IMG/VR virus record: IMGVR_UViG_3300046674_000373
Span: 1 to 64,000 of that record
Reading direction: 5' to 3' (one strand)
Length of the DNA: 64,000 nt
DNA from: a virus
The translations under genes were made by a program, and so were the position numbers. Within the stretch, counting starts at the first letter, position 1. The number at the start of each line of letters is the position of its first letter. Of this stretch, positions 46,958-57,147 are shown piece by piece. The notes below the pieces were generated by a model. That model ran no database searches. It saw only the letters and a list, made by a program, of their open reading frames with translations, and was not told where the DNA came from.

Positions 46958-47875
46958 TTACCACTCCACGATCACGAGGCCAGTACCACCGGCGCCGGCA
47001 CTCGTCGCGCCGCCGCCACCACCACCACCGATGCCACCGGGAGCGCCGTTATTGGCACCGCCGCCGCCACCACCACACATGCTGGTCGAAGACGTGACAG
47101 TGTTAGTCGCTCCGCCGCCACCGATACCGCCAAGCATCGGGTTGTTGCCCGAGTCGACCCCGCCACCGCCACCCACGAAGCCATCAAATGGGAACCGGAT
47201 AACAGCAGCGATCGGGTTGGTGTCGCCGTTCACGTTATTGACGTTGGTGGTTGAACCAGAACTTCCGTTGTAGCCGCCGGACCGAAGGCCGGCAATGTTA
47301 GGGGCACCATAGGTACCGATCGGCAGCCCGAACGGCGAGCCGCCGCTCAAGGTACCGGCAAGCGAATCGCCGCCGCCGACACCGGCACCACCGCCACTGT
47401 AAGAGTTACCACCGTCGCCCAGCTGACTGCCGGCCCCAGCACCGCCAAGAGAATTAGCTTTTCCGCCCTTTGCCTGGAAATCGCCACCGGTACCAGATCC
47501 GCCGGCGCCATTCCCGCCCTGCATGCCTCCGGTAGCGGAGATCAGCGCTCCGAAGGAGCTCGTGCCGCCGATGTTGCCGGCAGTGCCGCCGGCGCCGACG
47601 GTCACGTTGAATGACGCTCCCGGCGTGACGGTGAATGCGCCATGCGCGTAACCGCCGCCGCCACCGCCACCCGTAGTGCTGCCGCCGCCACCGCCGCCGA
47701 TCACTCGCACGCGGATCGCCGAGACGTTCGCCGGGATGACCCATACCTGCGATGCCGAGAACACCTTCCAGCGGCCGGTGCCGAATTCGCCCAGGAACCC
47801 ACCTGGACGAGCCACCTGGTTGTCAACGATGTTGATGGTGTCTGCCGATGCCGGCAGCGTAATATTGCGGCCCAT
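46958..47875 (-). CDS. glycine-rich tail protein
   Basis: IGGGGGG repeats, GLVIVEW terminus. Confidence 0.85.
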   Translation of the reverse strand: MGRNITLPASADTINIVDNQVARPGGFLGEFGTGRWKVFSASQVWVIPANVSAIRVRVIGGGGGGSTTGGGGGGGYAHGAFTVTPGASFNVTVGAGGTAGNIGGTSSFGALISATGGMQGGNGAGGSGTGGDFQAKGGKANSLGGAGAGSQLGDGGNSYSGGGAGVGGGDSLAGTLSGGSPFGLPIGTYGAPNIAGLRSGGYNGSSGSTTNVNNVNGDTNPIAAVIRFPFDGFVGGGGGVDSGNNPMLGGIGGGGATNTVTSSTSMCGGGGGGANNGAPGGIGGGGGGGATSAGAGGTGLVIVEW

Positions 47876-47887
47876 TCTTCGCCTCGA

Positions 47888-48205
47888 TTAGTTGACTGGG
47901 ATGCCGTGTGCGCGCGCCGACACGTTGGCAACGTCAGCACGCACCCAGATTTTCTCGCCAGCGGAGATCGCCAGTCCGGTGTTCTCCATTACGCCGTTGG
48001 CCTCGACGCGCGAGTCATACTCGATGTAGTCGGCTGCCGCCGGGGCCACCCCGGCGCCGATCGCGATGCGGATCTTGATCGGCGCCGCGTTGCGATTGCA
48101 CAGCCGAACATTGACGACGAGGTCGAGCGTCTGCGCGTCCATCAGCAGTGTGTCGGTGGCCGCCGCCAGATCGGCGCTGCCCAATTTGCCAGTTCCAAGC
48201 GTCAT
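47888..48205 (-). CDS. tail fibre-associated protein
   Basis: beta-rich, LCNR...IEYD. Confidence 0.7.
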   Translation of the reverse strand: MTLGTGKLGSADLAAATDTLLMDAQTLDLVVNVRLCNRNAAPIKIRIAIGAGVAPAAADYIEYDSRVEANGVMENTGLAISAGEKIWVRADVANVSARAHGIPVN

Positions 48206-49041
48206 ACAAACTGCCCCATAAAGTAGGATCGCCCCGCGACCAGTTTGCGCAGGTTGAGCGGTTCATTCGGCTCGTTCTGGACGAAAAGCACGCGGATGCC
48301 GGCCGGCAGCGTGCGCGCCAGTTGAACCTGTGTCGCACTCAGGATGGCGAACTCGAACTCGCGCGAGCCGTCGACATAGACGGCGACACCATCCGTGGTG
48401 CACACGCTCAGCGTGAACGTGTCCTGGCCTGCAACCGCGGTCTGGATCTCCTTGATCACGTCGACCGCGATGTTGAGCGATGCTGTCGGGTCGGCCCACT
48501 CGGTGTCGCCGTCCGCATTGGTCTTCTTGCGCAGCACCTGTCCGGTGGTCCCACCCGGGAATAGCAGCGCTGGCGTGATGGTCGACAGCACCCAGTCGCG
48601 CGTAGCGCCAACGATAGTCGCGTCGATCACCAGCGTGATGGCCGAAGCGTTCGATAGCTTCAGGCCGAACTTGATGACCAGGTCACGCGTTGAGCCGTCG
48701 GCCACCACCGGCTTGTAGGTCTCCGGGAAGTTGGCGACGGCGAACAGCACGCCATTGGCTGTGTACAGTCCCACTTCGCGGATTGCCCAACCGCCCTGGT
48801 TCGGTGGAATCAGGAGCTCGGCATACAGCAGCGTCGGGTCGGTAGGGTCGGTGTCGAGACTCGACAGGTTGTTCCGGTACACCTCACGCACGAGCGTCGT
48901 CTGCGCCGCTGATGGCGTAGTCGGGTTACCGCCACCGTCCCCAACCGCCATTGCCGTCAGCTGCACCGGCACGCCGGTTTGCGTCGCGGCCGTGTACAGC
49001 ACAAGTCCGGCTTGGGTCAGTTTTGCTAAGAAGGTCGCCAT
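48202..49041 (-). CDS. tail fibre/collar protein (DUF3751-like N-terminus)
   Basis: MAVGDGGG, GGWAIREVGL, PETYKP. Confidence 0.9.
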   Translation of the reverse strand: MATFLAKLTQAGLVLYTAATQTGVPVQLTAMAVGDGGGNPTTPSAAQTTLVREVYRNNLSSLDTDPTDPTLLYAELLIPPNQGGWAIREVGLYTANGVLFAVANFPETYKPVVADGSTRDLVIKFGLKLSNASAITLVIDATIVGATRDWVLSTITPALLFPGGTTGQVLRKKTNADGDTEWADPTASLNIAVDVIKEIQTAVAGQDTFTLSVCTTDGVAVYVDGSREFEFAILSATQVQLARTLPAGIRVLFVQNEPNEPLNLRKLVAGRSYFMGQFV

Positions 49042-49047
49042 GCCGTC

Positions 49048-49063
49048 ATTGTCGTGTCACGAC
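49048..49063 (-). promoter_or_regulatory. putative late promoter, leaderless
   Basis: GTCGTGAC-ACG-A-CA-AT; ATG 7 nt downstream. Confidence 0.75.
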
Positions 49064-49158
49064 GAGCTCTGGCATGGCGTGGGGTGGCTGCTTGGTGAGC
49101 GCGTTGTCAGCCACGCATAGTCGGGCGCCGGGTTGGAAGCGATGGGGTTACAACAATC

Positions 49159-49190
49159 GTCATGTCAGCCTTTCATGCGCTGCGCGCCGG
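49159..49190. repeat. 32-bp direct repeat, copy 1
   Basis: Identical to 51163-51194. Confidence 0.9.
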
Positions 49191-49216
49191 GCGATGGGTT
49201 GGGGGATGATGGTCAT

Positions 49217-51049
49217 TTAGAAGCCGCTCTCCATGTACTCCAGCATCAGATGGATTTCGCTTGCGGTCCCCGCATTCCAGTTGACAGCCGTAGTGCCGAC
49301 TTTCGGCGCGTAGAACGTGATCGTCCCGGCAGCTTCGAAGCGTGCCCAGCCAGTGCCGATCTGCCCCAGCGCCCCGCACCAGATGAATGGAATGAACACC
49401 GGCTGCACGGAGCTAAACGAGGTGTAATGCGTCGAAGGAGTGCGCGGCGGGGTGATGACGACGTTCGCAGTCGCGTCCGTGGTCTGGAACCGCACGCGGA
49501 AATGCCATCGCACCAATCCACCAAAGCGCATGAATTTTGACTTCATCTCGGTGATGGAGGCGACATTGGTCATGTTCGAAGTGGTCAGCGCGTAGTTCTG
49601 CCACTTCAATCCCTGGTCGTAGGCGTACGCGGTTGTCGGCAGCGCGAGTCCGTTGGGCGTGTTCAGCCACATCACGCCCTGATCAACGCCAGCCAGATAG
49701 CCATTGTTTTGGTGCGTGTACGCGCTGTTTACTTGCGGCAGCACGGACGCATCGCTACCCCCTGCCATCACGAGCGGCGTGGCGGTCAGCAGCAGTTTGG
49801 AGCCGGTCATACCGCAGCCGAAAAACTCGCTGTAGGCGTTCGCGTTGTCGAGGTCGCGACCGCAGCCTTCCATCATGCATCCGAAGAACCGGTTGCTGTT
49901 GTTGGCAAGGCCGGTAACCGGATCGGACGCGCGAATCTTGATTGCGGTCGGGGTGGCGTTCGGTGTCGTGCCGTAATTGACCAGTTCGCAATGGACGGCG
50001 ACGAACACATTGGTATCGCCAGCGTCGATCTGGACGCCGGTATTGGCGACCGTTTGCCCGATGCGCCAGTTCTCGAACTTGTTGCGGTTGACCAGCGAGC
50101 CGTTGGCATTCGTCGGAGAGCGAAGCCACAGACCGCGCACGCACTGATAAACCTTGTAGTTGCTCAGCGTGTTGTAGTAGCAACCTGACGCCAGTGAGCC
50201 GTTGTACGGGCCGCACTTGAGCGCAACGCCTTCGGTGCAGCCGACCACATACACGTTGTCGAAGCGGTTGTAACTCTGCGAAACCACGGTGGTGGTCTGC
50301 GTCGTGCTTTCCGGGTAAATCGCATGGCCGGTGACGTTAGCCTTGCCATTGCCGTAAATCGTGAAATCGCGCCCACTGTTGTGGCTGTCCGCAGTGCGAA
50401 GCACGATCATGTTATCCGATCCGGCCAAGAACCGGCAGCAGTGACCAAGAATGTGGATGCGCCCGGTGGTTCCGTTGTCGGAAGTGTAGGGCTGAAGAAT
50501 GCCATTCAAGGCACCATCAGCACCAGCGATGCCGTTTAAAAGGTAGCTTGCGCCGATAGTTCCTTCGACCACCCCGCCGCCAACAGTCTTTAGGTAAGCA
50601 ATGGCTGCCGCCCACGCTGGGCTAGAATTGGTAACGCCAAGAGGATCAGCGCCGAACCAATCAGGCGACACATTGCCGTCATACTGCCGCTTCCAGCGCT
50701 TCTCATTGCTCGCCACAATCACAGTTCCGCCGTTGTCAGCGGTCGTGGTGTCGCTGTCATCCCGCACAAACATGCCAGCAATGCCCGATGGCGCAGCCGT
50801 GCCAAGGTAGCCCGTCACATACACGCTTTTCAGCACGCCGCTGTACGCCCGTAAGGCAGCGTAGTCCGCTGCCTCGAACTTGAACCCGGCAATGTCGGCC
50901 ACGTAGGCGGCCGAATCCGCCAGCATCTTCGCGAACGACCGCACCGGCCCGCCCTCAGTGGTCACGGTGGTGTTCGCATCCCCGTGCACGACCTGGTGCG
51001 CGATGTCAGCGTCAGTTTCAAACTGCAGGACTTTGTCGGTCAGGGCCAT
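49217..51049 (-). CDS. tailspike / beta-helix depolymerase 2
   Basis: Shared N-terminal anchor; WFGADPLG; Asn-rich beta-helix. Confidence 0.85.
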   Translation of the reverse strand: MALTDKVLQFETDADIAHQVVHGDANTTVTTEGGPVRSFAKMLADSAAYVADIAGFKFEAADYAALRAYSGVLKSVYVTGYLGTAAPSGIAGMFVRDDSDTTTADNGGTVIVASNEKRWKRQYDGNVSPDWFGADPLGVTNSSPAWAAAIAYLKTVGGGVVEGTIGASYLLNGIAGADGALNGILQPYTSDNGTTGRIHILGHCCRFLAGSDNMIVLRTADSHNSGRDFTIYGNGKANVTGHAIYPESTTQTTTVVSQSYNRFDNVYVVGCTEGVALKCGPYNGSLASGCYYNTLSNYKVYQCVRGLWLRSPTNANGSLVNRNKFENWRIGQTVANTGVQIDAGDTNVFVAVHCELVNYGTTPNATPTAIKIRASDPVTGLANNSNRFFGCMMEGCGRDLDNANAYSEFFGCGMTGSKLLLTATPLVMAGGSDASVLPQVNSAYTHQNNGYLAGVDQGVMWLNTPNGLALPTTAYAYDQGLKWQNYALTTSNMTNVASITEMKSKFMRFGGLVRWHFRVRFQTTDATANVVITPPRTPSTHYTSFSSVQPVFIPFIWCGALGQIGTGWARFEAAGTITFYAPKVGTTAVNWNAGTASEIHLMLEYMESGF

Positions 51050-51076
51050 GGCGTATTTGGTTGGTTGCGTTGGATC

Positions 51077-51092
51077 ATTGTTGATTCACGAC
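51077..51092 (-). promoter_or_regulatory. putative late promoter
   Basis: GTCGTGAA-TCA-A-CA-AT. Confidence 0.6.
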
Positions 51093-51162
51093 TGGTGCCG
51101 GGCAAGGCGAGCCTTTCAGCAGGTTGCGCTGCGATGCGCTGGCGATGGGTTGGGCGATGGTG

Positions 51163-51194
51163 GTCATGTCAGCCTTTCATGCGCTGCGCGCCGG
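51163..51194. repeat. 32-bp direct repeat, copy 2
   Basis: Identical to 49159-49190. Confidence 0.9.
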
Positions 51195-51235
51195 TAGGGG
51201 CCAATGGTGGAGGTGATGATGGTCATGGGTGGCTC

Positions 51236-53140
51236 TTAAACCGTATAGGTGCCAGAAACCATGATGTAGGCAGACGCCTTATATGGGATAGTTGCAACTG
51301 CGCCGCCGCCAGATGGCTCTTGGAAGAACAGGATGTTATTTGCGCCAGGGTTGAAGTTTGCGCGCGGGATAGATCCTGCCGTCCAGGTTAGGTTATTTGT
51401 CCGCGCGATGTTCGCTGCCGGGTACGTGCTGGATGCCGCGACAGTGAACGGAAGCCCAGCAATGGCAAGGTCGCCCGTACCAGTTCCGCCGCTCCAATTG
51501 ACCCAGCATTCGACGAAAACTTGCCGCCCGATTTTTGTGTAGCGGCCATTCTGCGCGGTATAGGTTGCTGTGCCTGCGGTCGACTGGCCGACAACAGTAG
51601 GCGTCCATGTGCCTTCTTTGTAGTCGTCTAGCGTGTTCGGATCGGTTGACGGGTTTTGTGTCGCCGGGAATGTGATTCCATTGCCTCCGGCAAGCGGATC
51701 TTGCCGCCCAAGAGTGACGCGACCTTGCTCAATCCACGTTGTCTGAGAAGGGTCGCCCGTCAGCGCGCCAGAAAACGAATTAATGATGGTTGCTTTTGCG
51801 CCAGTGCTGATATGGATCTGCTCTTGGCCAAGACCGGTATTGTTATTTGTCGCCCGGCAGCCAACAAGGAAGAGTGCACCGCCGCCGCTGACGTTATCCA
51901 TGTAGATAACGTTTTTGCAGCTGTCGCCGGGGATCATCTCGCCGCCGATCACGTTCAAGTGGGTACCCGCGGTACCATCAAAATAGATGTTGTATTGCCC
52001 TGGGTTTGCCTCCATGTGGCAGCCGATCATCGTAACCTTACCGGCCTGCGAGAACTCCACCACGCGCACTCCGTCTGTAGTGTTGCCGCTGGCGTTATTA
52101 CTTTCGATTTCGCATCCAGAGAAAGTGACTGCCCCATTCGGGAAGCCTACGGCGCGAATCGCCTTATCGTTAGATATGATCTGGCACCTGGAAAAGTGGA
52201 GATCATTTGGGGCAAATTCTGAATCGATAGCTAGGTCAATACCGTACGCACAGTTCTCGATGAAGAGATTTTCATACTGGCTGATTAGGTTGCCATAGCC
52301 ATACAGCCCGCGATAGCAGTTCTTGAGCGTGCAGTCTTTAACATGGACGTTTGCGCCATGCTGGGCCTGTATGGCAGATGAACTGGTGTTGGACTTTCCT
52401 GGCCCAATGATGTCGAAGCCATGCACGAGCGCGTGGATACGCACTTCTGGTGCTGAATCGGGATTGCGAGCATCAATCACGATCACCGGGGCATTCGCGG
52501 TTGCCGTGATTGTCGTACGATGCCCGCGAAGTTCGAAGCCTTCGCCGAAGTTTCCACCAACGGTAATCGAGCCGCTGGTTTTCATGTTGCCTGGCGGTAC
52601 GGTGACGCATTTAAGTCCACTGGATTTTGCGTACTGAATTGCGCTGTTCAGTGCCGATGTTGAATCGGTGACGCCATCGCATACCACGCCGAACCATGCG
52701 GAATTGATTGCTCCGTCGAAGCGGCGCTTCCACCGTTTCCCATTGCTCGCCACAATGACCGTGCCGCCATTGTCCGCAGTCGTGGTATCAGCATCATCGC
52801 GCACGAACATGCCTGCAATGCCCGATGCGACCACATACACGCTCTTGCGCGCACCAGCGTAGGCACGCAGGGCGGGGTAGTCGGCCAGTTGCAGGGCGGC
52901 CAGCTCCGACGCGACGCTTTCCGTGCCGTGCATCACCAGGCCCGCTCCACCTACCGCCGCCAGCTGCGCCAGCGACGGCGCCTGCGCGTCGATCGCCGCC
53001 TGGTTATCCGCTACCAGCTTGGCCAGCGACCGCACGGGCCCGCCGTCGGTCGTTACGGTTGTATTCGCGTCCCCGTGAACGATTTGGTGCGCCTTGTCGG
53101 CGTCGAGGAAGAAGCGGGCAACTTTGTCGAAGAGGCTCAT
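51236..53140 (-). CDS. tailspike / beta-helix depolymerase 1
   Basis: WFGVVCDGVTDST pectate-lyase-3-like start; LDDYKEGTWTP C-terminal domain. Confidence 0.87.
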   Translation of the reverse strand: MSLFDKVARFFLDADKAHQIVHGDANTTVTTDGGPVRSLAKLVADNQAAIDAQAPSLAQLAAVGGAGLVMHGTESVASELAALQLADYPALRAYAGARKSVYVVASGIAGMFVRDDADTTTADNGGTVIVASNGKRWKRRFDGAINSAWFGVVCDGVTDSTSALNSAIQYAKSSGLKCVTVPPGNMKTSGSITVGGNFGEGFELRGHRTTITATANAPVIVIDARNPDSAPEVRIHALVHGFDIIGPGKSNTSSSAIQAQHGANVHVKDCTLKNCYRGLYGYGNLISQYENLFIENCAYGIDLAIDSEFAPNDLHFSRCQIISNDKAIRAVGFPNGAVTFSGCEIESNNASGNTTDGVRVVEFSQAGKVTMIGCHMEANPGQYNIYFDGTAGTHLNVIGGEMIPGDSCKNVIYMDNVSGGGALFLVGCRATNNNTGLGQEQIHISTGAKATIINSFSGALTGDPSQTTWIEQGRVTLGRQDPLAGGNGITFPATQNPSTDPNTLDDYKEGTWTPTVVGQSTAGTATYTAQNGRYTKIGRQVFVECWVNWSGGTGTGDLAIAGLPFTVAASSTYPAANIARTNNLTWTAGSIPRANFNPGANNILFFQEPSGGGAVATIPYKASAYIMVSGTYTV

Positions 53141-53143
53141 GGT

Positions 53144-54241
53144 TTACCAGTAGTTAGAAGTTGGAATGGTTGCGTGCAGGCCGGTATGCAGCGCGTCGAC
53201 CGCGGACTCGGTTACTGTGGATCCCGATGCCAGCGCCTCAGCTTCCAGATCGGTGCCGGTTAGGTAGTCGCCCGTCGTCAGGCGCGAGTGCAACAGCGTA
53301 TGCAGCACGTCGACGGCTTCCTCGGTCGCGGGCTCGCCATAGGTCGCGCCCTCGGCCAGCAGAGGATTGTCCAGTAGCAGATCGGACAGCCCGACCACCG
53401 AGGTGTCTCCGATCATCACCGCGCCGCCCACGTACAGCGTTGCTTTCACGCGAGTGATGATGGCCAGGCGCCGTAGGAACGTGCCGGCGTCGCGCATGCG
53501 GTCGATGGTCTCGATGATGGATAGGATCAGGGCCACGTAAGCGGTTACTGCCAGCTGCTCCAGCGAAACTTCGAAGTCGACGTCGAACAGGCCATAGGAG
53601 CCGTTGACGATCTGGTCGTAGTCGCTGACCGTGGCCGGCAGGCCGGCGTTGATCACGCGCAGTGCCGACTCGATCGCGACGTTGTTGCCCAGCGGCCGCA
53701 GCACGGTGGCGATGATCCGAGGCCCGTACACCGAATCCGGCTCGTCCTGCTGGCGTGGCACGTCGTAGTAGCCGCCGAGCTCGTCCAGCCACACATCCTC
53801 GGCCGTGTTCGTACTCATCTGCAGCAGCATGTTCTCGATCTGGCGGCCGGCCGCGTCGAGTTCGCGCGCGTTGGCCTCCATGTACGACCACAGCACGCTG
53901 GTGTAGGCATACAGGTGGTCGCCGTTGGACGTGTTGACATCGCCGCTCGCATCGATCAGCACGCCGGCGCCCAGCACTGAGTAGGCGGAGTCGTCGCTGT
54001 ACAGCACCGAGTAGCCTGGCTGCACGGCAAGGTAGTTCGCCAACGACGCGACGCTGTACTGGGTCAGGTCGACGTCGAGCGGCTGCGCGGTGCCGCCGAC
54101 AGGCGTTGTGGTCAGGCGCGCATCGCGCACGGACCAGGTCATCCCCGTACCGTCGCAGCTCAGGCGCAGTGCGAGAAACGGCGCCGGATCCTTGTCGAAT
54201 ATCCGGTGCAGGTAGGACAGCAGGCGGCTCGTCAGTTTCAT
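53144..54241 (-). CDS. baseplate wedge protein
   Basis: WLDELG.YY..PR...E.D..Y..RI; follows baseplate J. Confidence 0.75.
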   Translation of the reverse strand: MKLTSRLLSYLHRIFDKDPAPFLALRLSCDGTGMTWSVRDARLTTTPVGGTAQPLDVDLTQYSVASLANYLAVQPGYSVLYSDDSAYSVLGAGVLIDASGDVNTSNGDHLYAYTSVLWSYMEANARELDAAGRQIENMLLQMSTNTAEDVWLDELGGYYDVPRQQDEPDSVYGPRIIATVLRPLGNNVAIESALRVINAGLPATVSDYDQIVNGSYGLFDVDFEVSLEQLAVTAYVALILSIIETIDRMRDAGTFLRRLAIITRVKATLYVGGAVMIGDTSVVGLSDLLLDNPLLAEGATYGEPATEEAVDVLHTLLHSRLTTGDYLTGTDLEAEALASGSTVTESAVDALHTGLHATIPTSNYW

Positions 54242-55353
54242 AGGATGGTGATCGCACCAGGCATCAGCTTGGTCGTCTGGTCGACGGTGACATTGGCCGA
54301 GGGGGAGCTGAACACGATGTCGTAGACGCCCGGGATTTCCTTAACCTGCTTGATGATCTCCGACAGGATGGCTGGCTCGCCGATGCCGCGCGAGATGAGG
54401 TATGAATAAACCACCTGCACGGCTTGCGTGACCAAGGTCGGCTTGTCGTAGCCGTCGGCCGCCGTCAGCGTGCCGTCCACATTGACCAGGGCCTCGATCG
54501 CAGCAAAGACCTCGACCTTCACCCCGGCAGACTTCCAGCCCGGCACCGGCTGGCCGCTGGCGTCGTAATAGCCGTGCAGGACCTCGCTCGCCCGTGCGAC
54601 CAGATCAGCCGAGGTTGAGCCGGCGCCGTTGTGCACGTAGCACAGCACCCGCGAGACCGTGGCGGATGGATTGGTCAGGTACGGCTCGATGATCGAGGAC
54701 GATACGACCCGCTCGGTACGATTGCCGTTCGCGTCGGTCAGGAAGGCCAGAGACAGCCCGTAGCGCAGCGCCTTGATGGTGCCGCGGTTGAGCGACGACA
54801 CGAAGTCGTTAAAGCGTGCCTTGCGCTCGTCAGGGGTTTCCTGGTCGACGCCGCTGGCAAACGCCGTCAGGCTCGATGCCGAGGCAAAGGACTGGAGCGT
54901 GGGCTCGATCGTGAACGACACGCCGGCCGCGATGTTGCCAGCCACGCCCGGCTGATCACAGGTGACCAGGACATCGGCATAGGTCGCGCCAGCAGGGATT
55001 GTCACGCTGGCGTTCGAGGTGAACTTGACGCCGCCCGCTGTCGGCGTGAACACCGTGCCGTCGGGGATCAGCGCGGCCGTGGTAGCCGCGGTGACGAACA
55101 CCCGAATGTAACCGATCGCCGGCAGCGCGGTAACTTCGTCAAAGCTGAAACTATTGTAGACGGAGACCTCGATTGCCTCCTTCAGTCCGATGACCATCTG
55201 CTGGTACAGCTCGTCGATTTCCGCTGCAGGAGCCTCGACCATGGTACGCGCGGCCGAGCCGATGTTGAAGTCGGTCAGCTTCTGCTGAGTGGAGCGCATC
55301 CAGTTGATCATACTGGCTGAAATGCTCGCGAAATCTTTGATTTGAAACGCCAT
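54238..55353 (-). CDS. baseplate J-like protein
   Basis: TDFNIGS..RT..EA, G..GNI, G.DQET...R. Confidence 0.9.
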   Translation of the reverse strand: MAFQIKDFASISASMINWMRSTQQKLTDFNIGSAARTMVEAPAAEIDELYQQMVIGLKEAIEVSVYNSFSFDEVTALPAIGYIRVFVTAATTAALIPDGTVFTPTAGGVKFTSNASVTIPAGATYADVLVTCDQPGVAGNIAAGVSFTIEPTLQSFASASSLTAFASGVDQETPDERKARFNDFVSSLNRGTIKALRYGLSLAFLTDANGNRTERVVSSSIIEPYLTNPSATVSRVLCYVHNGAGSTSADLVARASEVLHGYYDASGQPVPGWKSAGVKVEVFAAIEALVNVDGTLTAADGYDKPTLVTQAVQVVYSYLISRGIGEPAILSEIIKQVKEIPGVYDIVFSSPSANVTVDQTTKLMPGAITIL

Positions 55354-55967
55354 CACACCACCCTGTTCAGATCCAACGCCACGCCGGAAATCGGCACCAC
55401 TTCCGCCTCGACCGCCAGGCGGTCGCCCTGCGTCGTCGCTGTCACGCGGCTGACGTCCTTGACCCGGCTCTCCGAGCGCAGCGCCTCGTCCACGTAGTCG
55501 GCTGCCACCAGCTCGCGTACCGGGCCCGACAGCGCCCCGATCAGGCGCCCCAGGTTCGCCCCATAGCGCGGGTGGAACATCAGCTCGCCGTGATCGGTCT
55601 CGATGCGGTGCGCCAGCGCCTGGCGCAAGTTGGCGCGGCCTGACACCAGCGCGAAGTCGCCGCCGGCGAACTGAAGTTGTCCGTCCTCGATCTGGCAGTC
55701 GGCTAGGAACACCTGGTCTGGATCGACGCCGGCATCGACCTCGGCGCTGGCGGCCGGTACCCGGATCGTCGACCCGGTCAGCAGTACCCCGACACGCACC
55801 TCGGCCGGATTGTCGGTCAGGTACGGCGGGACCAGGTTGTTCATCCAGCTCAGCTGGGACCACTTGGCCGCATCGCCGAGCTCGCGCAGCGCGACCGCGC
55901 GCAGGGTATCTCCGTACAGGGTCTGGACGAACCGGAAGCCCGTAATCGGGCGGGTAAAGTCGGTCAT
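55353..55967 (-). CDS. LysM-like plus gp25-like baseplate protein
   Basis: GDTLRAVA..ELGD; NLRQAL..R..T..GEL.FHP.YG. Confidence 0.8.
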   Translation of the reverse strand: MTDFTRPITGFRFVQTLYGDTLRAVALRELGDAAKWSQLSWMNNLVPPYLTDNPAEVRVGVLLTGSTIRVPAASAEVDAGVDPDQVFLADCQIEDGQLQFAGGDFALVSGRANLRQALAHRIETDHGELMFHPRYGANLGRLIGALSGPVRELVAADYVDEALRSESRVKDVSRVTATTQGDRLAVEAEVVPISGVALDLNRVV

Positions 55968-57112
55968 CAGACGGCCACCCCGTTGTTGACCTCGGACAGG
56001 GTCGCACCGATCACTGGTAGCGGTAGCGGTGCCAGCACGACGTCCTGGTGCGAGAGCTTGTACATCGCCGCGCTGGCCACCGGTGACACGCCGACACCGC
56101 CTCCGGAGGATGGGCTGATCGCATAGAACGGGTTCTGGCCTGCATAGACCGATGGCGGGCTGCCGCCGCTGGTAGACGAGCAGTTTGACGCGCCATACAG
56201 CGGGTTGTAGTCCTCGTAAGTCGGCGTCTTCTTCAAGGCGTTGTGCAGCACGCAAAACGCATTGCTATACGCCCCCGCCACCTGCATCAGCTCAGCCTTC
56301 ACCTGGGACGGGATACTGGTGACGGCCGCCATCGTGCGAAACACGTTCATGCCGGTTTGCGCGAGGTTGCGCGCTACCAGTACAAATGGGTCCGCCAGTG
56401 ACAGCCCATTCTGGATGGTGCTGTGCACCGAGGTGAACACGGAGCTCGACAGCCGCATGAAGTCGGTCACCGGCCCCAGGATGGTCTTGTCCACGAAGTT
56501 GCGGGCTTTGTTGATAGCGGAGTTGATCTCGCCCAGCGAGCTAAACAGGCTGTCGAGCCCCAGTCCCTGTGCGCCGCCGAACAGCCCTCCGAGGCCACCA
56601 AACAGGCCAGAAATGGCACCAGGGACGCCGGCCTTCCCCACCGAGATGAAGGAAATCCGGTAGCTGGCAAGCAGCGGGCGGCTTTTGTTGCGCCGAATCT
56701 CGAACGCCAGCGGAACGATCACGCTCGAGTAGCTATTCAGGGCATCGACGAACCGAAGTTTGACGTCGTTCGGGTCGTCACCGCGGTCAACGGCCTCCTG
56801 GCGCAGCTTGTGCCACTGGTGGTAGGTTTTCTCGCGCATTTCGATCAGGCGATCGCCGCCGTCTTGACCGTCCGGTCCGGTGCGCCAACCGAGCGTGCCG
56901 GAGAGCGTCGTGGACTCCAGACCCTCACCGAACGAGTCGATCCAGGCGCCGCCGAGCGTCTGGTTGACGGACGTGCGCGACGGGTGGTTCCGGGACATTT
57001 CCTCCGGGCGGATGAACAGGGTCACCTCGTCCGCATCCCCACCCCGGGCGTCGAGGATGAAGCTGATCGGTCGGTCTTCTGCCTTCTGACTTTTGGCGGG
57101 ACTGAGGTTCAT
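55967..57112 (-). CDS. tail/baseplate structural protein
   Basis: RPEE...QTLGGAW.D.FG...LSG..G. Confidence 0.75.
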   Translation of the reverse strand: MNLSPAKSQKAEDRPISFILDARGGDADEVTLFIRPEEMSRNHPSRTSVNQTLGGAWIDSFGEGLESTTLSGTLGWRTGPDGQDGGDRLIEMREKTYHQWHKLRQEAVDRGDDPNDVKLRFVDALNSYSSVIVPLAFEIRRNKSRPLLASYRISFISVGKAGVPGAISGLFGGLGGLFGGAQGLGLDSLFSSLGEINSAINKARNFVDKTILGPVTDFMRLSSSVFTSVHSTIQNGLSLADPFVLVARNLAQTGMNVFRTMAAVTSIPSQVKAELMQVAGAYSNAFCVLHNALKKTPTYEDYNPLYGASNCSSTSGGSPPSVYAGQNPFYAISPSSGGGVGVSPVASAAMYKLSHQDVVLAPLPLPVIGATLSEVNNGVAV

Positions 57113-57118
57113 GCCCGG

Positions 57119-57134
57119 ATCGTAACGTCACGAC
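57119..57134 (-). promoter_or_regulatory. putative late promoter, leaderless
   Basis: GTCGTGAC-GTT-A-CG-AT; ATG 7 nt downstream. Confidence 0.75.
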
Positions 57135-57147
57135 CCGGGCTGGCTGG

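Noticed and set aside
49217-53140. Possible diversity-generating retroelement or shufflon in the duplicated tailspike segments
   Set aside because: No reverse transcriptase or adjacent invertase, no inverted cassettes, and similarity is at the N-termini without an evident adenine-specific pattern
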